From positions 1,922,001 through 1,986,000 of the forward strand of contig JAYWIR010000021.1 of assembly GCA_036172245.1 (NCBI GenBank): a DNA stretch of 64,000 bases. Direction: 5' to 3'. Below the pieces are notes generated by a model that did no database searches, had not been told where the DNA came from, and worked only from the letters and a program-made list of their open reading frames with translations. Shown in pieces: positions 13,301 through 27,090 of the stretch (its first letter is position 1; each line of letters starts with the position of its first letter). The position numbers and the translations under genes were made by a program. This stretch comes from Raillietiella orientalis (taxonomy: Eukaryota).

Positions 13301-14789
13301 CCCCCCTCCCTCCCCTTGAATACGGCACTTCTCTTCAAGTATTCACCAAAATCATTTCATCATCAACGACATACAGGGAACAAATGCGATCTCTGTGGAA
13401 ATCCTTGGGTGACCTCGAGATCTCCGTAGAGACCGGTCATAAGCAATGAAAGTTGCGGTCACGTGGACGAGAAATTTGCCATCGAATCGCCGTGTTCTTT
13501 TTTCCCTGTGAGCTCGAAAGACGGCATTTCGGAACCGAGGAGGCGAACCGAGGACCGCAACTGCAAGGAATTAACCCCTGCCAAAATGGTCACGAATGTA
13601 CCACGACAGGCACCCTGAAGCACCATCATCCGGGGGGCATTCCTACGCTGGTGGTGCGGAGTAGAAAGAAAAAAAAAAAAAAGGGGGGGGGGGGTCCTGA
13701 AACAGCAAGGGAAGCAGTAGGAAAAAATCTTGGCTGGATTCGTCCGTTGAAGCTTTTTGCCCGTTTTTTCATTGCGATTTTTTTTTTTGCTTTTTTCCTT
13801 GTGGGAAATGCAGCGCTTGAACGAATTTTCTTCAGTCAAAGAGAGAAATGGCTGCCCCTCCCCCCCCCAAAAAAAGGTTGCTCATCTTTTTCCCCGGTGT
13901 CGACCCACGCCGGAAAAAAATCCACTTTCCATCGGAAGAAGCGGAAACTTCGAATACGAATAATCGGATTCCCTTAAATTGAAATATACACGATAATAGA
14001 GTTAATTATTATCATCAAGGAGTCTCAGTGGGAAATAGGCACTTGCTGGCTCTTATTGATTTTTCATTTTATGTTTAAGAATCTGATACTCCGGGTTACC
14101 ATGGAAACATTGATAAGGTATGTGAATTTCGCTTACGATACGAATGCACGTCTTGGGGAACTCTCGGGGGGGGGGAAGGATTGGTACGGAAACTCAAACG
14201 TGGAAAGTACGAATAAATGCCCAATTCGATCCCTTCAATCGACGAACAAAAAGCAAACGAAGGTGCTCGTATTGAGCACCCCTACGTTTCTCCTTCCACC
14301 TATTGGGACTGCGGCGGTGCGTCACGGCGCTAAGCATAAGGACACCGGGTGTATTTTTCAGACGGAACTTCCCAGTGAAGACAAAATGGCGCGCTGTTTG
14401 TGTTTTCAACGAAGGGGAAAAACCGACTCGTGCAACCTGGGTGCAAGGACGAACGTAGTCACAGCCTGCAGGCGTCTTTCGTGAAAGCAGAACTTCTTCA
14501 TTTCGGCGGCGAAGAGCAGGGAGCAGCATGACCTTATTCCCCTTCGGGAAGCTGACTGAAGCAAAGGAAAACATCACCGAAAAGGGACTCTGAAAGGCTG
14601 ACCCAGTCCTATCTCAGTTTTGCGCCCCATTCGGGAGCATCCATTCCCTCTCTGAAGTGTGCCATAACGTATTTCGTTTCGAGAGCCTCCCAATCCGCTC
14701 CCGTCTTCTCAAATAACCGATCTACAAAACACGATAAATTTCTTTTCTCGAAACTTCCGATTCGACTTGGGGAAGAATGGGAGACACAT

Positions 14790-15720
14790 CGCAAGTATTG
14801 ATCATATGCTCGTGGCTTACGGCCTGCTGAGGAGTAGGCGCACGTGGGAAAAGCAAAACCGTGTCCTGAGGAGCTCGTTCCCGTCGGAACTTGCCAGGCA
14901 GAAGATGGGGGCCGAAGTATCCAACCGTGCTGGACTGCAGGTTGGGCCCCACGGCACCCCACGGGGATCCTCTTTCTCAGCCTAGCGCACTCTGCCAGCG
15001 GCTGGGAATATCCAGGACGGAGGTCCCTTGACAGCAGCAGCACCAGACGGCTGATCCGAAAACGCAACGCTTTAGCGAGAAGGGCAGCCAGCGGGTACGC
15101 CTGCCCCGATGCAGATCAGCGAGGTGCCCACCCGACGCCCACCTCAAGAGACCCGTAATTTCGCTGCAGACAGTTGCTACGGGCTCCGTAGGATGCATCC
15201 CAGAGGACGTCGCGGCTGGTGGTTGGGTGGAAACCGCCAACGGATGGAGATTTGGGGAAATTTCGTCTCTTCGTGAGCGACCGGCAAAAAACGGAGCAAA
15301 CCCGGAAGAGATATCACAAACATGTAGACTGTGGGAAGGCAAGCATCCGGGAGAAGCGGATGGGCGTTCGAAGAGAAGAACCCAAGGGACCATTTGATGA
15401 ACACATGCAGGAGAAAAAATTACTTCAGCCCTGCGCAAAGCAGCATGGACACCTCTTGCTTAACAACAACTGGATCAAGGAAAGGCTTTACCCTCCCCCC
15501 CCCCCCCTCCCGGGCCAACGTAGGGCTGCAGGGTATTTTCTGCTGAACAGCGAACACTTTCTGTTTGTAAGACTGATGGTTACCCGTGCGGCGCTATTCC
15601 ACCTGCTACCTACGTGGGGCCTCGTTCACCGAGGCGGCGCTTGGACAGATGAATGCTTGCACAGATGGGAAGAATCGTTAGGTCACATCCTCCACAGATG
15701 CGTCACCTGCTAGACTACGA
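14790..15720 (+). pseudogene. Decayed R2/NeSL-like (RLE-type) non-LTR retrotransposon, post-RT to CCHC region
   Basis: NNWI...LMVTRAALFHLLPTWGLVHRGG...CLHRWEESLGHILHRC matches the LPT....RG...C..C..ESLGHIL..C motif. A GGLG-like remnant (RLGIS) lies at ~15000. Confidence 0.6.
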
Positions 15721-18700
15721 TTATGGAGAGAGAGTGAGCTGGTGATCCAGATCGAGAAGGCCTTTCTGTAATACTGGGAGTTGGTAGCCGCCAATCAGGC
15801 TACAGCAAAAGCCAGATCCAGTGCTCCAGGGCAAAGGGAAAAGAGTCCCGTTCTAGGTCGCTCACCCCTGCAGCCATTCATCAACGGAAGGGTCAAGGCA
15901 GAAGAGGAACAAGCACAGAGGAGCGGCGTGCGCTGGACCCCAAGAAGCGCTCGTAGCCGCAAGATCGTGGCAAGGTCTCCGGGATCCGGAAAATGATGAA
16001 GTGCTGTGGGTTCCCAAGAAACGGGAGGAGTGCATCGATTTGTGTGCTCCAATGTCCCCGAGTCACTGTCGGGAATCCTTCAGTGTATCACACCGCGACA
16101 CCAAAGGGACTGTTTGAGAAAACGCGACAGCTCGTCGAGGGCCGCGATGTGAAAAAAAGTCCCCTTGGAATTTGCCATTCCTCAGAAGCTTTATCGGGGA
16201 AAAGAAACTCCCATGATGTTTGCTCGGGACATAACTGCATGAGCTACCGCTTCCGATGAAAGAACCTTCGAAATCACAGTTTCGTCATGAGGATCCACAA
16301 ATTTCACTTTCAAAACGATAGCGATAAAAGAAATACCAAATACTTTATATGAACAATTCCAAGAGACAGGAGATTTTAGAAATCCCGTTCTCACAGGCTG
16401 CGTTTTGATCTTAGCCAAGAGGCTGGGAAGCGGCTTCTCGTACGCCCTTTTTCGACATGAAAATTGGAACACCGCGTACAAAAAAAGAAAGAAAGAAAGA
16501 AAAAGGAAAGATGCTGATTTTTGTTTCCATGCAAGGTGAGAGCCTCGACGCTCGAAGCCATCTTTCATGAACGATCATTCATGTCGGCGCACAGCAGGGA
16601 AGTCTTTCATGTCCGAGCGCAGGTGCTACCGAAGGTATCACATGCATATGTAAACTTTGTTTGGCTTCTTTAAAGAGCATTATAGAAGCGGATCGCCGCT
16701 CTATTTCGTAGAGATGAGAACCAACCCGATAAGAACCGACAAGACCGTCCCAAACCACAAACGTAGCAACGAGATGTGGACCGGAGCAAATGATGGCCTA
16801 CCTTTAAGTTAAAAAATTTAAACACAAAGGTATATTATATAATGGTGAGAAATGTAGGCTTTTAATTTTTCGATTTCACGGAATAAATATATGCAATTGA
16901 AAATTGAGATTATAACGAAAGCTACGTGAGAGAGGAAGGGAAGAAAAACCAAGCTGTTTGATGTTGCGTTTCGACTTCCTTGATGACCTTGCCTCGGGTC
17001 TTTTTTTTTTTTTTCCAAAAACCCGAACAAGTCGCGAAAGCCATCCCTGCTACCAAAGCAGGCGAAGTTATCCTGGTTTTCGAGAAGGAACATCTCCCCA
17101 TCTACAAGGCTCAAGAGAAAGTTACTACTCAAAAGATAGGCGCAACCACTTGTTCGGTTCCAAGCGCAAAGTGTCCGCAGGGAAACGGCAAGAACACTCC
17201 TTGGAAACGAAAACTGCACCTAAGCGGAAGCCATGCCGGCAGTTGCCTGGCTCCAGTGTTGGCTGGACTTTCCAGAGTTGCACAGAAAGCGAAAAAAAAA
17301 AAAAAAAACCACCCGGCTCACTACGTAAGTACAAAGCATAATATGTGAATGAACTCCTTGCGCTGACTCCCTGCTTTGCAGGTCACGCACAAGAGAACAG
17401 CAACAGAACTCCTCCACCCTGGAGGACAGCAGTGCACGGCGAGTCCGAATTAGGGATCAACCGAAACCGGCATGAATCCAGCTCGGCTGGACCCCGTGCA
17501 GTCGCCGGGGATCTGAGATCCTCGAACCAGCCCCGGGTGGAATCCGCTCTTCGGTGGTGCTGCCGGGACGTGTCCGCAACGAAATGGGCGGCCGTGCCTC
17601 GCCGTGGGCAGAAGGTGAAACACAAGCGAGGATTACGTAAGCTCCCTCCTTCACCTATTCGTATCCCCCCCCCCCTCCCCCCGCCTTTTGATATTCAAAG
17701 GTCGGGGTCGTGCTCTATTAAGGCTTTACGGATTGAACCGCAGCAGCACGGATACGACACTTCGTGTGAGGAGCACGAAATGCGTTTGTTTCGACTGAAA
17801 TGGGATCACGGAAAATCGTGAACTTACCCGAACTGCAAAACAGGAAAAAGCACTCCAATCGAAATGCGAGGATCCACCGCTGTCGGTTACTCCCTTTGCT
17901 TTGACACGGGTTGGAATCATTGGGAAATCCGACATGAGCATACGGGCTAAACACCGATCGAGACACTTTTGCTTATCGAAAAAAAAACAAAAAAAAAAGG
18001 CTTCCATCAAAGCTCAAGCGATCAGGAAGAGCTTCAGACATGCGTTATTGAGTACGCTAACAACAAGAATTATGAGAAAAGAAGAGGCAAATATCGCACG
18101 GCACAGCCTCCACATACTTTCCTTGAGGATAAAGATGCAAAACACACTTCATGAACCAGAAAACGTGAGGATTTCTTTATAATGGGCGAATACTTTGATG
18201 GCTGATGAATTGGAAAAGTGTACTAGCCTTGAAAAAGACAAAAAAAACCACAGGGAAACCCAAAGAATTGTATTCAGAGAAACTTACAAACTTGGTGACT
18301 GATCACATGCATTCAAATACTTTAAACCAAACTTTGCTGACTTCTTGGGATCTGTGATTCATGCTCAATTTGAGTGCACAAGTATTTCCAGACAAAAAGC
18401 AGTAATCACAACCAAATTATTGATTTTGATCATACAATAATAGTTCTTTACGAAGCAACTAAGTTATATTTGATCATGCCCAAAGACAGTGAAGCTCATT
18501 TTCTTATCTTACTAAAAAATAACGACCCAACCACATGTACACAGCTTGTCTCGTTGCTTCAAGCCGAAAACAAAGTAGTGCACAATGCTCAAGTACTACC
18601 AAAACATGCAATAAAAAAATGGTAACTTTAAGAGAAAGTCCAAATAGCAAAGGAGTACAATGAGCAAACAAACAAAACGAATAGAGTGAATCACATCATT

Positions 18701-21700
18701 GTTTTCATTAGATTTTGATGATACTTGCCTATGATACTTACAATCATTTCACAGTACAATAATCAAAATTATTTCAATCGGATCAACAATAATGTTGAAA
18801 AATTAAATTTGAAAAATATACGGAAGATAATATTTGTGTGAAAATCTCCAAAATTTATCATAGAAGCATGAGAATTACAAAGTGGGGAAAATTACTCTGA
18901 ATAATTAAGCATTAGACACAAGATGCAGACACATTCTTCTCAGATTAAAGAAACAAAGAAATCTGTGGGACGAATGGAAAAAAAAAAAAAAAACACAATC
19001 AAACAATATAAAACTTAGCATTATAGAAATTATGAATAGAAAGAAGGTGAATCCCTTGAATCCTTCACCAGCAAATCTCACTTTCAAAATGATAACAAAT
19101 ACCATACACTTTAAATAAATAATTCCAAGAGACTTAAAAGATGTATCCATAACATGAATCTGAATCACACTTAAAAAGATATGAGTATGTCCTATAATTA
19201 TCATGTTAATTCCACAAGCAACATCCACTCATGTAATTGGGATGTAAACATTCAAAGGGTATTCTGAGAACAGGAATGTGATGCTTCACTTGCTGAATCC
19301 CAAAAAACACAATGATCATTTGAGAAAAACAAAAGAAAAATTACATAAAATACCAAAATAATACAATTCACATGGCAGTTCATATAGGATAAAACTGCTG
19401 AAATTTAAAAATTGATGATAATTCAAAATCGATGCATGTCTTCGTCTACACTGCCAGATCTGGAGTTCCAATGAACCTGGTTTAAGAAAGCAGTTACTGT
19501 CAGTAGCAAAAAGCTAATTCTTTTATCCATTTATTGGAAAGAACTTTAAGTATGGATAATTGGCAAACAAAAATATTAGAGCCTTAGGGTTCAGGATCTC
19601 ATGACTTTCTTCATCAGTAATTAACCACAACACAGACATTTCATAAACGTAAAGAGTACGAAAATGTGACCAACAAAGCATATATAACAGTGGAATCATT
19701 CATGAATAGCAACTTACAAGAGGATATACTTGCCTGTGTTAACGAGTGTAAAAACAAAACGACATACATATGAAGATACATGTGATTTTGTGAATGTAGT
19801 AATTAATCTCAGTTGCAAATAAAAACTGGTTTTCCAACAAAATAGATACAATAAAGTTAAATGGAACACTAAGATGATGCACGAAAGTTATGCTCCAAAA
19901 AGAAAACGATTTTCCGTAGCTAGAAATGCATCCTTAATGCATATGAAAAAACAATTTCGGCGGTATACAAACAATTTATCTCGTTTTCCAACTCACAAAC
20001 GCATATCAAAAGAATGCCTGAATGCAAACTCTTCACAGCATATTCATGTACAGCAAAACAATCAGAAAACTGCTGTCCCAAGTAACTGCAAACCTTTAAA
20101 AGGTGTGAAGTGCTTCTTACAGCTTCTGAAAGTGTAAATTATGGAATGATGAATTCTTTTATTCGAAATTTGGCGCTAACAAAAAGCAAACAACAACTTT
20201 TGGTCTGTTTTGTCAACAAAGACAAAGAGAACAACGTTTCATAAAGTGACACATTGATACGAGTAAATGTTTGCAGAATATGGGAAATCATCTAAAGTGC
20301 CGCCTCCATTGGAAAAATTCATGTACAAATGAACGATGGTACACACTGAATACACACTAGCCTACCCACATTTTCATCAGCATACACAGAAAGCAGAGGC
20401 CTGCGCTTCGCACTCGAAAGGCAAGCAATTAGCAGACGTTCGTTTTGAAACTTTGACTCGAAAACCCCATCGCTCAAACAAAACAATTCACGTAAAATGC
20501 TTCAAAAGTTGATTTGGGGTTTTGAAAGCGTGTTAAACGCGTAGGGCGACATGAAGGAAGAGATGCCAAGCTCCAGCTCGTTCCCAGCAGTGGATAAAAA
20601 GGACGGGTGACACCAGCTATCTAGAATGGGCTTGTTCTTTTTTGTGTTCCTTATATTCTTCTTAAATTAAAACTGGAGAAGCTTCAACCGCTGTAACAAG
20701 AATGACAGTTTCAATGGAGACTATAAGATTTCTTTATATTCCCGTACTGTGAGTTGATCCTCACATTTATGCTAGACAAAAACAGTTTTTGAAATATGGG
20801 ATTCGAGAATTCTAGAAATATTAGGTGAAAAGAATGCAAATAGCTTACTTAAAAGTAATTATATAAAACTGCAATATAAATAATATCTCAGTACATCTCT
20901 CTTTTGCTGCAAAGCTTTTTTGGAACTTTGTATTTTGTGCTGCTCCGAATTAAAATTCAACCTATGAATGAATTCAAACTAAATATGCTGCATAATATTT
21001 TTTTTGACAAATATTTTTTTTTTCAAATTCCATCTTAGCACTTTCTGATGATCAGTAGTTTAGGTCTGCCCAAGTTGATGCAATTGTCCACTATGTAAGT
21101 AAGTTTTCTTTTAGTTCAGAGACTGCTTATTTCGTATTCATAGCTCCTTTTCCATTCAGCCATGCCTCCGTTTTATTCAGTAGGGTTTTAAATATCAGAA
21201 AATTTGACTGCGTAGCACTTTTTGCGCAAAATATCAATACATACTTTAAACTTTTAGCAATGGTTTCTAGTCACAATTGATACAAAATAATTGCTCCATT
21301 TACTATTATGTTTTACTATTATTATCGCTGTTACCTTTTACTATTACTGTTCTCGTGTGCCACAAATAGTTATGTGAGTTTGCAAAATATTTTTCCTTTT
21401 GTGTTTATTTCTGGATGCTGAGAACTTTTCAGAGTATTTAATGAGAATCTAAAGTTTAACAGACAACTGTAGCAGTTAAATTGGACCTCTAAACTTTAGA
21501 GCTCAAACCATGCAATTGAAATTTTACGATGATGGAATGGTGATTCCATTGTATTCCTCCTGGGATGGATTAATGTTACCAGTATCCTAATTCATCTGCT
21601 TTCGCATAATTATAAAGACAGTGTTACTGAAAATTTAATTGATAATTAGAAAAAATTACTAGCAGTTTTTTAAGCATAACGAGGCTCGGAAAAGTGACTA

Positions 21701-24700
21701 AGTATGCGTTTCAAATGGATTTCTTTTCATAGAAAGACAAGCAAAGGAATCTTGTTTCTTGTTCATATCTTTTTTTTTTCTTCTGGAAATGCAAAACTAT
21801 AAACTACTTCGCAATTTTTAAGGATGCCTTTATAAATTAACCATGCTGCTAGCATTCAATGTGAAATAAATCATCATGTATGCATTAATCACGCGTAACT
21901 GTTCCTGGGATTTTTTTGGCCTTCTCCTTGAGCATCGTGACAAAAGGAAACTCGGTAAACACTGTGTAACCCTGTCTTATTTACAGCTGTACTTGGTATT
22001 CTTTGCGAATGCTTACTTTTCCAAGTCACCGCTATAAAATCATTGAAGGTATTGGCATACTGAATTTGTTGTTTTTTCTCTTTCCATTTCCTTTCGAGAT
22101 TTGCCTCGTTATTCTGCTGCAGTATTGTGTTTATTTGCTTTGCGAAATGGCGCTTCAACTTTCAGTTTTCATGCCATCGGTAATCCAATGATGTACATTG
22201 AATTATTTCACTTCTTCAGCATTTCCTGTATGCACCAACAATTCTGAGTGTACTGTATTCCATTTGATCAGCCGTTTTAATGATTCATGAAGGCGGAGGA
22301 GCAGCTTTGTCAGAAGCTGATGAAATGTTTTCATATGAGAAAGAACTCGGTGGGCACTCAGTGACGCGTTTTCGAATTAGAGCTGCAGGTTTCATGGGTT
22401 TCGAACGCTGGAAGAAGGGGAACCCTTCCAATAGAACAGCAGAAACTCATCGTTCTCCCGATGTCCTTATTCTGGAAACTCATATCTTGATGTGGTGGGA
22501 CCCCAAACAGTGCATTTCAGTGCCCCTTTTTCGAGGGGAACACAGGTGAAGACGAAACGTTGCACACAAGGAGTGGAAAGGGAGATACATAAATATGTGT
22601 GTTACGCTTATGTAGCAACATAAAAGAAAGAACTTTTACGAAGATTAGCCCTTTGACTTTGGGGGGAGGAAAAAAACTGCTAGTAATAAATGTGAAGATT
22701 TCGTTTTCTCTTCGTTCTCTTGATCGGTGAGACCCGAGGCAGTAGTATTTATCAAAAAAAAAAAAATCTCCCTGAATCGCACTTTGTCATATCTTAGACC
22801 AGTCGTGGGATTAAACGGAGGTTCATTATCAGAAAACGATCCCGCCAAAATCTGTGGAAAACAGGGAAGCGGCAATGTAGCTTGGATGCTTGAATCTTGA
22901 GAAGCATAGAAGCAAAGGATAAACCCCATTCTCTCTTCTGCAACAGTCAGATGAGCCATAATGCTCGCGGTGACGCATTATGAATTCAACCTTTCCTTCC
23001 TGAGTAATGTGGTGTTGTAGAAGCACACACAAGAAGCCTGAAACTGTACAAAGCACCCTCAAAAAGGAATACATGTGCATCACGTTCAGGGACAAGATAG
23101 GGGCACACATTCACGTATGTAGGGGAAAGTACCGATCCGAGTAATCATCGGTACTTTCATGAGGAGGATCGGAGAAGTGTGAGCTCTGTTTCCAAAATGC
23201 TCAGCATACTTCAAACGAAGAGTCAAAGAGTCCAGCAGCAGCATAGGATTTGCAGAATGGAAAAAGCAACCGGAAGCACGACAGCCACTGCGAGTGAGGC
23301 GGCATCAAGGCGTCGGCTCCAGCTACTCCCCTGGCGAATCATGAAACGACCTTTGGTCACTCCAGACGTTTCCGATTTTGTCTCATCCGTGCATTAATAT
23401 TGAAAAGGGTGAGTCGGAATTCCAGTCTTGTGGTATTCCACCCACCCAAAACACGAGCTGAGTCGACATCGGCATGGCACCCAAAATTGAAATTCATAAC
23501 TGATCGTATTCCCCTTTAGCTTTTCCTACTTGATCCCAACAAGCAGTCCCTGCGAAAGAATTCCCAAACCTCGTACTCTAGACCGGGATGCAATCCGAAT
23601 TCCCACGAAATTACAATTGGGGGATTCAGAATGTCGGGACTTTCCCTTAAAGTCAAGGAAGTTTTGCTTTTTAAGAAAATTCAAACTGTGCTGAGAAAAT
23701 GTGCACGCTCGAAATCAAATTCCGGTTTGTTCTTTTCCTGTGCCTCGGACGGACGTTGTTTGGGAACATCCAGCGCTCGTCTGTGCTCCTAGGGGTCATC
23801 TTACTGCATCTATAAGGTGGCTGCCGAAGATGCTGCAAAGATCGCGTGAAGGATGGAGATGCTGAAGAAGACGCGCGTGCGATGGGTCCAAGTCTCTGCT
23901 AGGCGAAGCTTCCACTTTTCCCGGCTCGAGGAACCAGGAACACCAAGACGAAGAGGACGGTCTCCTGCAATTTGGCAGCCGAAGGTAGAAAATCCAGAAA
24001 ATCCAAGGAAATTACGGGAAAAAATCATGTAGATCTTCAAATCATAAAGCTGCGAGCTGAGGATCGAAAGTTTAGCGGTGTCTTAAGAAAAAGTGTGGAC
24101 TTACAACGGAAACCTTAAGGAGTACGTATTCACGTAAAGTGATTTACAGTCTGTCTGGGATTACATTAGCATTTCCACTACTCCGTCGTGGAGATATTAA
24201 CGAGCGACCATAAGAACAGGATGAAAAGAGTGATGCATAGAAAGGATGCAAAACCGAAAGGACATGATCACGGATAGGTCGTTGCTGTTTCGACAAGTCT
24301 GGATCAAGGAAGACAACCGAAACCCCCCATGTTTCTGGAAGGCCAGAGATGATTTTCCTCCACGGTGGAATGACGCAGAAGGATGCGTTGGTCGGAAAAG
24401 ACCATCTCGAGCCACGCTACAGAATCGGTGGCACTTGGAGGAAGCAGCAGCACTTCCGTGCAGCGCAATTTCATCCAAAAGGGGAGCTCCGCCTCTTCCA
24501 CCGCGACAAGTTTCCGGAACCGGGTTGGTGGTGATGAAGCAGGAAAGGTTCTCCGGAACGCAGTCGTCATGATTTGACCAACATGAAGGTACTCTGCCAG
24601 TGGATGCTGCTGCTTCAAGCAATCCAGCAACGACCCCAAGAGTCCACCGAACGATAAAGCCAAGTCTTCTGAGCCAAGAAAAGCATCCCATTCGACGGAG

Positions 24701-26680
24701 AGGATGATTGAAAGTCGGTGGCGGCAAAAACGGGCAAAAAATTAGCTTGAAGGATTCCCCCAAAGGGAATCTTTTGTGCAATTTTTTTTTTTCCTTCTCT
24801 TGTGCCAACTTGTTAGATATTGCATTCACCTGCGATGGCCATGATTCTTCAAGAGCATTTCTGTTGACCCACTGCGAAAAATAGCATTGTAACTTCGACA
24901 CATGGATTACCCGCTTCGGCCCTATTATGTAGAAAAAGAATCACGATGAATGGAACCTTCTCGATCCATGGAATGCACGAATACAATACTTGCCCTGGGG
25001 GAAAATGCATTGTTTTTGTTTTTCTGCTTCCGGTTCCTCATTTTCTTCTCGGACGAATGCTTTTTCTTGCACACGTGCACTAAGTGTGTCTCTATGTGTT
25101 TATCCATACCGTACTTCACCACATGAACCTTACACGCGCACACAGAATTCCCTATGTGATCATTCAGGCTGCTGTAGGGAACCCAAGAGCTTCGAATGAG
25201 CGAGGCTGACCTTTGAGCACACGTGGCAAGAGTTGCACTCGCGTTCCGCTCAATAGTACGCAAAAGATGCTTGCTGAATTGGGAGCTCGCTCATGTTTTC
25301 TTGGACGCTGTCGCTGAAGACAGGGATTCCTCTAAGAACCCATGGGGCGACGAGAAATGGCGAATGATATATTGGAATGCAAAGCATTCGAGCGTGGAAG
25401 GATGGAGAACGTTTTTGTGGGAGCATGAAAAGATGAAATCTCTGTTTCGCGGAACATCTTGTTTCAAGAAGAAAAGCGCCTTCGAAAGCGTCGGCAGTTC
25501 CAGTCCTCCTGAAATACACTGTCCTTATAGTCTTTATAGTTCTGCCCCAGACGTCTGCCACGGTCGTCTGCAGTGGAAATAGAAAAATCAGGCGCAGCTT
25601 CCCATCGCCCGTGGGCATCGCATGAGTATGCGAGCCCTCGCAAATACGTCAAGAGTGTTCGTGGATGTTGCTGGAAACTCGTTTGTCCCCCACACAAAAA
25701 CGTCGTTTGCGAATAGCCCAAGCGACATGGACAATCGTGGACAAAAGTGTCGCGTTTGACCGCGACCCTTAGATAATCAAAAAGCTACGTGGGCCCTTCC
25801 CCGCACTCGGAATGGCAGCTGATCCGCTGCGATCCATTCGGGACGACGACCCCCACTCCCCTATTCATAGGGGGATGGGGGCCTCCGGTGTTGCCCCCCC
25901 CTGTAACGTGAAGAGTTACGCGCGCACCGTCAGGTAGCGTGCACAGCGGTGGAGAGCTTTGCGGGCTCTCCAAGGACTCGAATGGTTCTTCAGCACTTGG
26001 AGAACCAAAAAAAAGAGACCTTCCCGTTCGGCGAGGCTGTTCGGGGCAGAGGGGAGTGAAAGTGCGAGAATACCACGTCGCTGGTAAACAAAACAGGAGG
26101 AAACTTTCCTCGCCTGAAGGCGGATCAGATCCCACTGCAATTTTCGGATGGCTACCCGCGGGGAGGGGAGAGGGAACGGAGGGGACGTTTGCTACGTTGA
26201 AACAGTGCGGTCACTCGTTTGCCGGAGGCGCACACGACTCGGTGGAGCAGGCGCGGTGCGACGGTTCGCAGGGTTGAGGTTTCTCTCTGCCACCTCCCCA
26301 CCCCCCATCCCTTCCTACCTCCAGCACCGGCAGCTGCTTCCAGCTCTTGACTCCCCCGTCAAGGACCTAGCCAAGTAGCCACTCCTATAGGCGGTGCTTG
26401 AAAAGTTACTGCAGCCACCTTCGGAAGAGGACCTTGGAAGATTCTCATCCAACGACGCTCCAGGAAGGTTCCTCCGGATCAGTGGAGATACCAAAAGCAT
26501 GTGGACCACAGGAAGGCGAGCGACCCTCCCGCCGCACGTCGGCAACTCGGGAACTTTGAAGCTGGTGAAACCAGGATCCAAGCAGGAGACGACACCGCTT
26601 TGCGTCTCGCGCTGGTTTGGCCGTCATCTCCTCCGGATTATTTCACTCCGGGAAGACGCCCTGAGGTCTCAGAAGCCCGC

Positions 26681-26925
26681 GTCGGAGGCCGTGCGGCTGC
26701 GGTCTCCGCGCGCGGCACCACGCGTAGCTGGTTCGAATCCCGCCCGGGGACGCATCGACGGCAGAGAAACGGGTGCGTCGTGAGTTCGAGTTCCTCCCGC
26801 GAGATGACGCTGGTTGACCGATCGGCTTCGGGCTCGGCGCCAGTGGTAGAAGCTGAAAAACCGGATGCCCCGATGAGTTGCCGATGAGGTCCGAGGTCCT
26901 TCCAGGAAACGGAATCAAGGAACTC
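26681..26925 (+). mobile_element. SINE-like family, 5' fragment (copy B)
   Basis: B-box ggttcgaatcc, then gagaaacgggtgcgtcgtgagttcgagttcctcccgcgagatgacgctggttg...ggtccttccaggaa, shared with the other copies. Confidence 0.8.
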
Positions 26926-26929
26926 TGCC

Positions 26930-27090
26930 TTGAAGTGCGCGATCCCCTCCCACACGCTGACTCGGTTTCCCGCGATCACTGTGTCCGAAACACTGCTCAA
27001 GGATAGAAGCGCGCGTCCCTGCGTGGCAAACGAGGGCTACACATACGAATCCACACTGGCAAAGGGCACTGTGGCTCGTCCTGCGGAACT
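26930..27090 (+). pseudogene. Possible APE endonuclease N-terminal remnant fused to SINE copy B
   Basis: AITVSETLLKDRSARPCVANEGYTY resembles the I.(I/V)TETWL.......I.GY pattern of CR1/L2-type endonucleases. Confidence 0.3.

Noticed and set aside
14609..14721. Minus-strand terminal-exon-like segment DRLFEKTGADWEALETKYVMAHFREG
   Set aside because: No recognisable homology and no connected exons.
22783..22851. Minus-strand exon-like segment ILAGSFSDNEPPFNPTTGLRYDK with a good acceptor
   Set aside because: It cannot be linked to other exons, and the Cad86C N-terminus is already accounted for at 8092-8278.
26700..26750. tRNA gene at GGTTCGAATCC (also ~34541, 47775, 58043, 59505, 60268)
   Set aside because: No intact cloverleaf, D-arm/A-box or anticodon arm; these are degenerate SINE heads.
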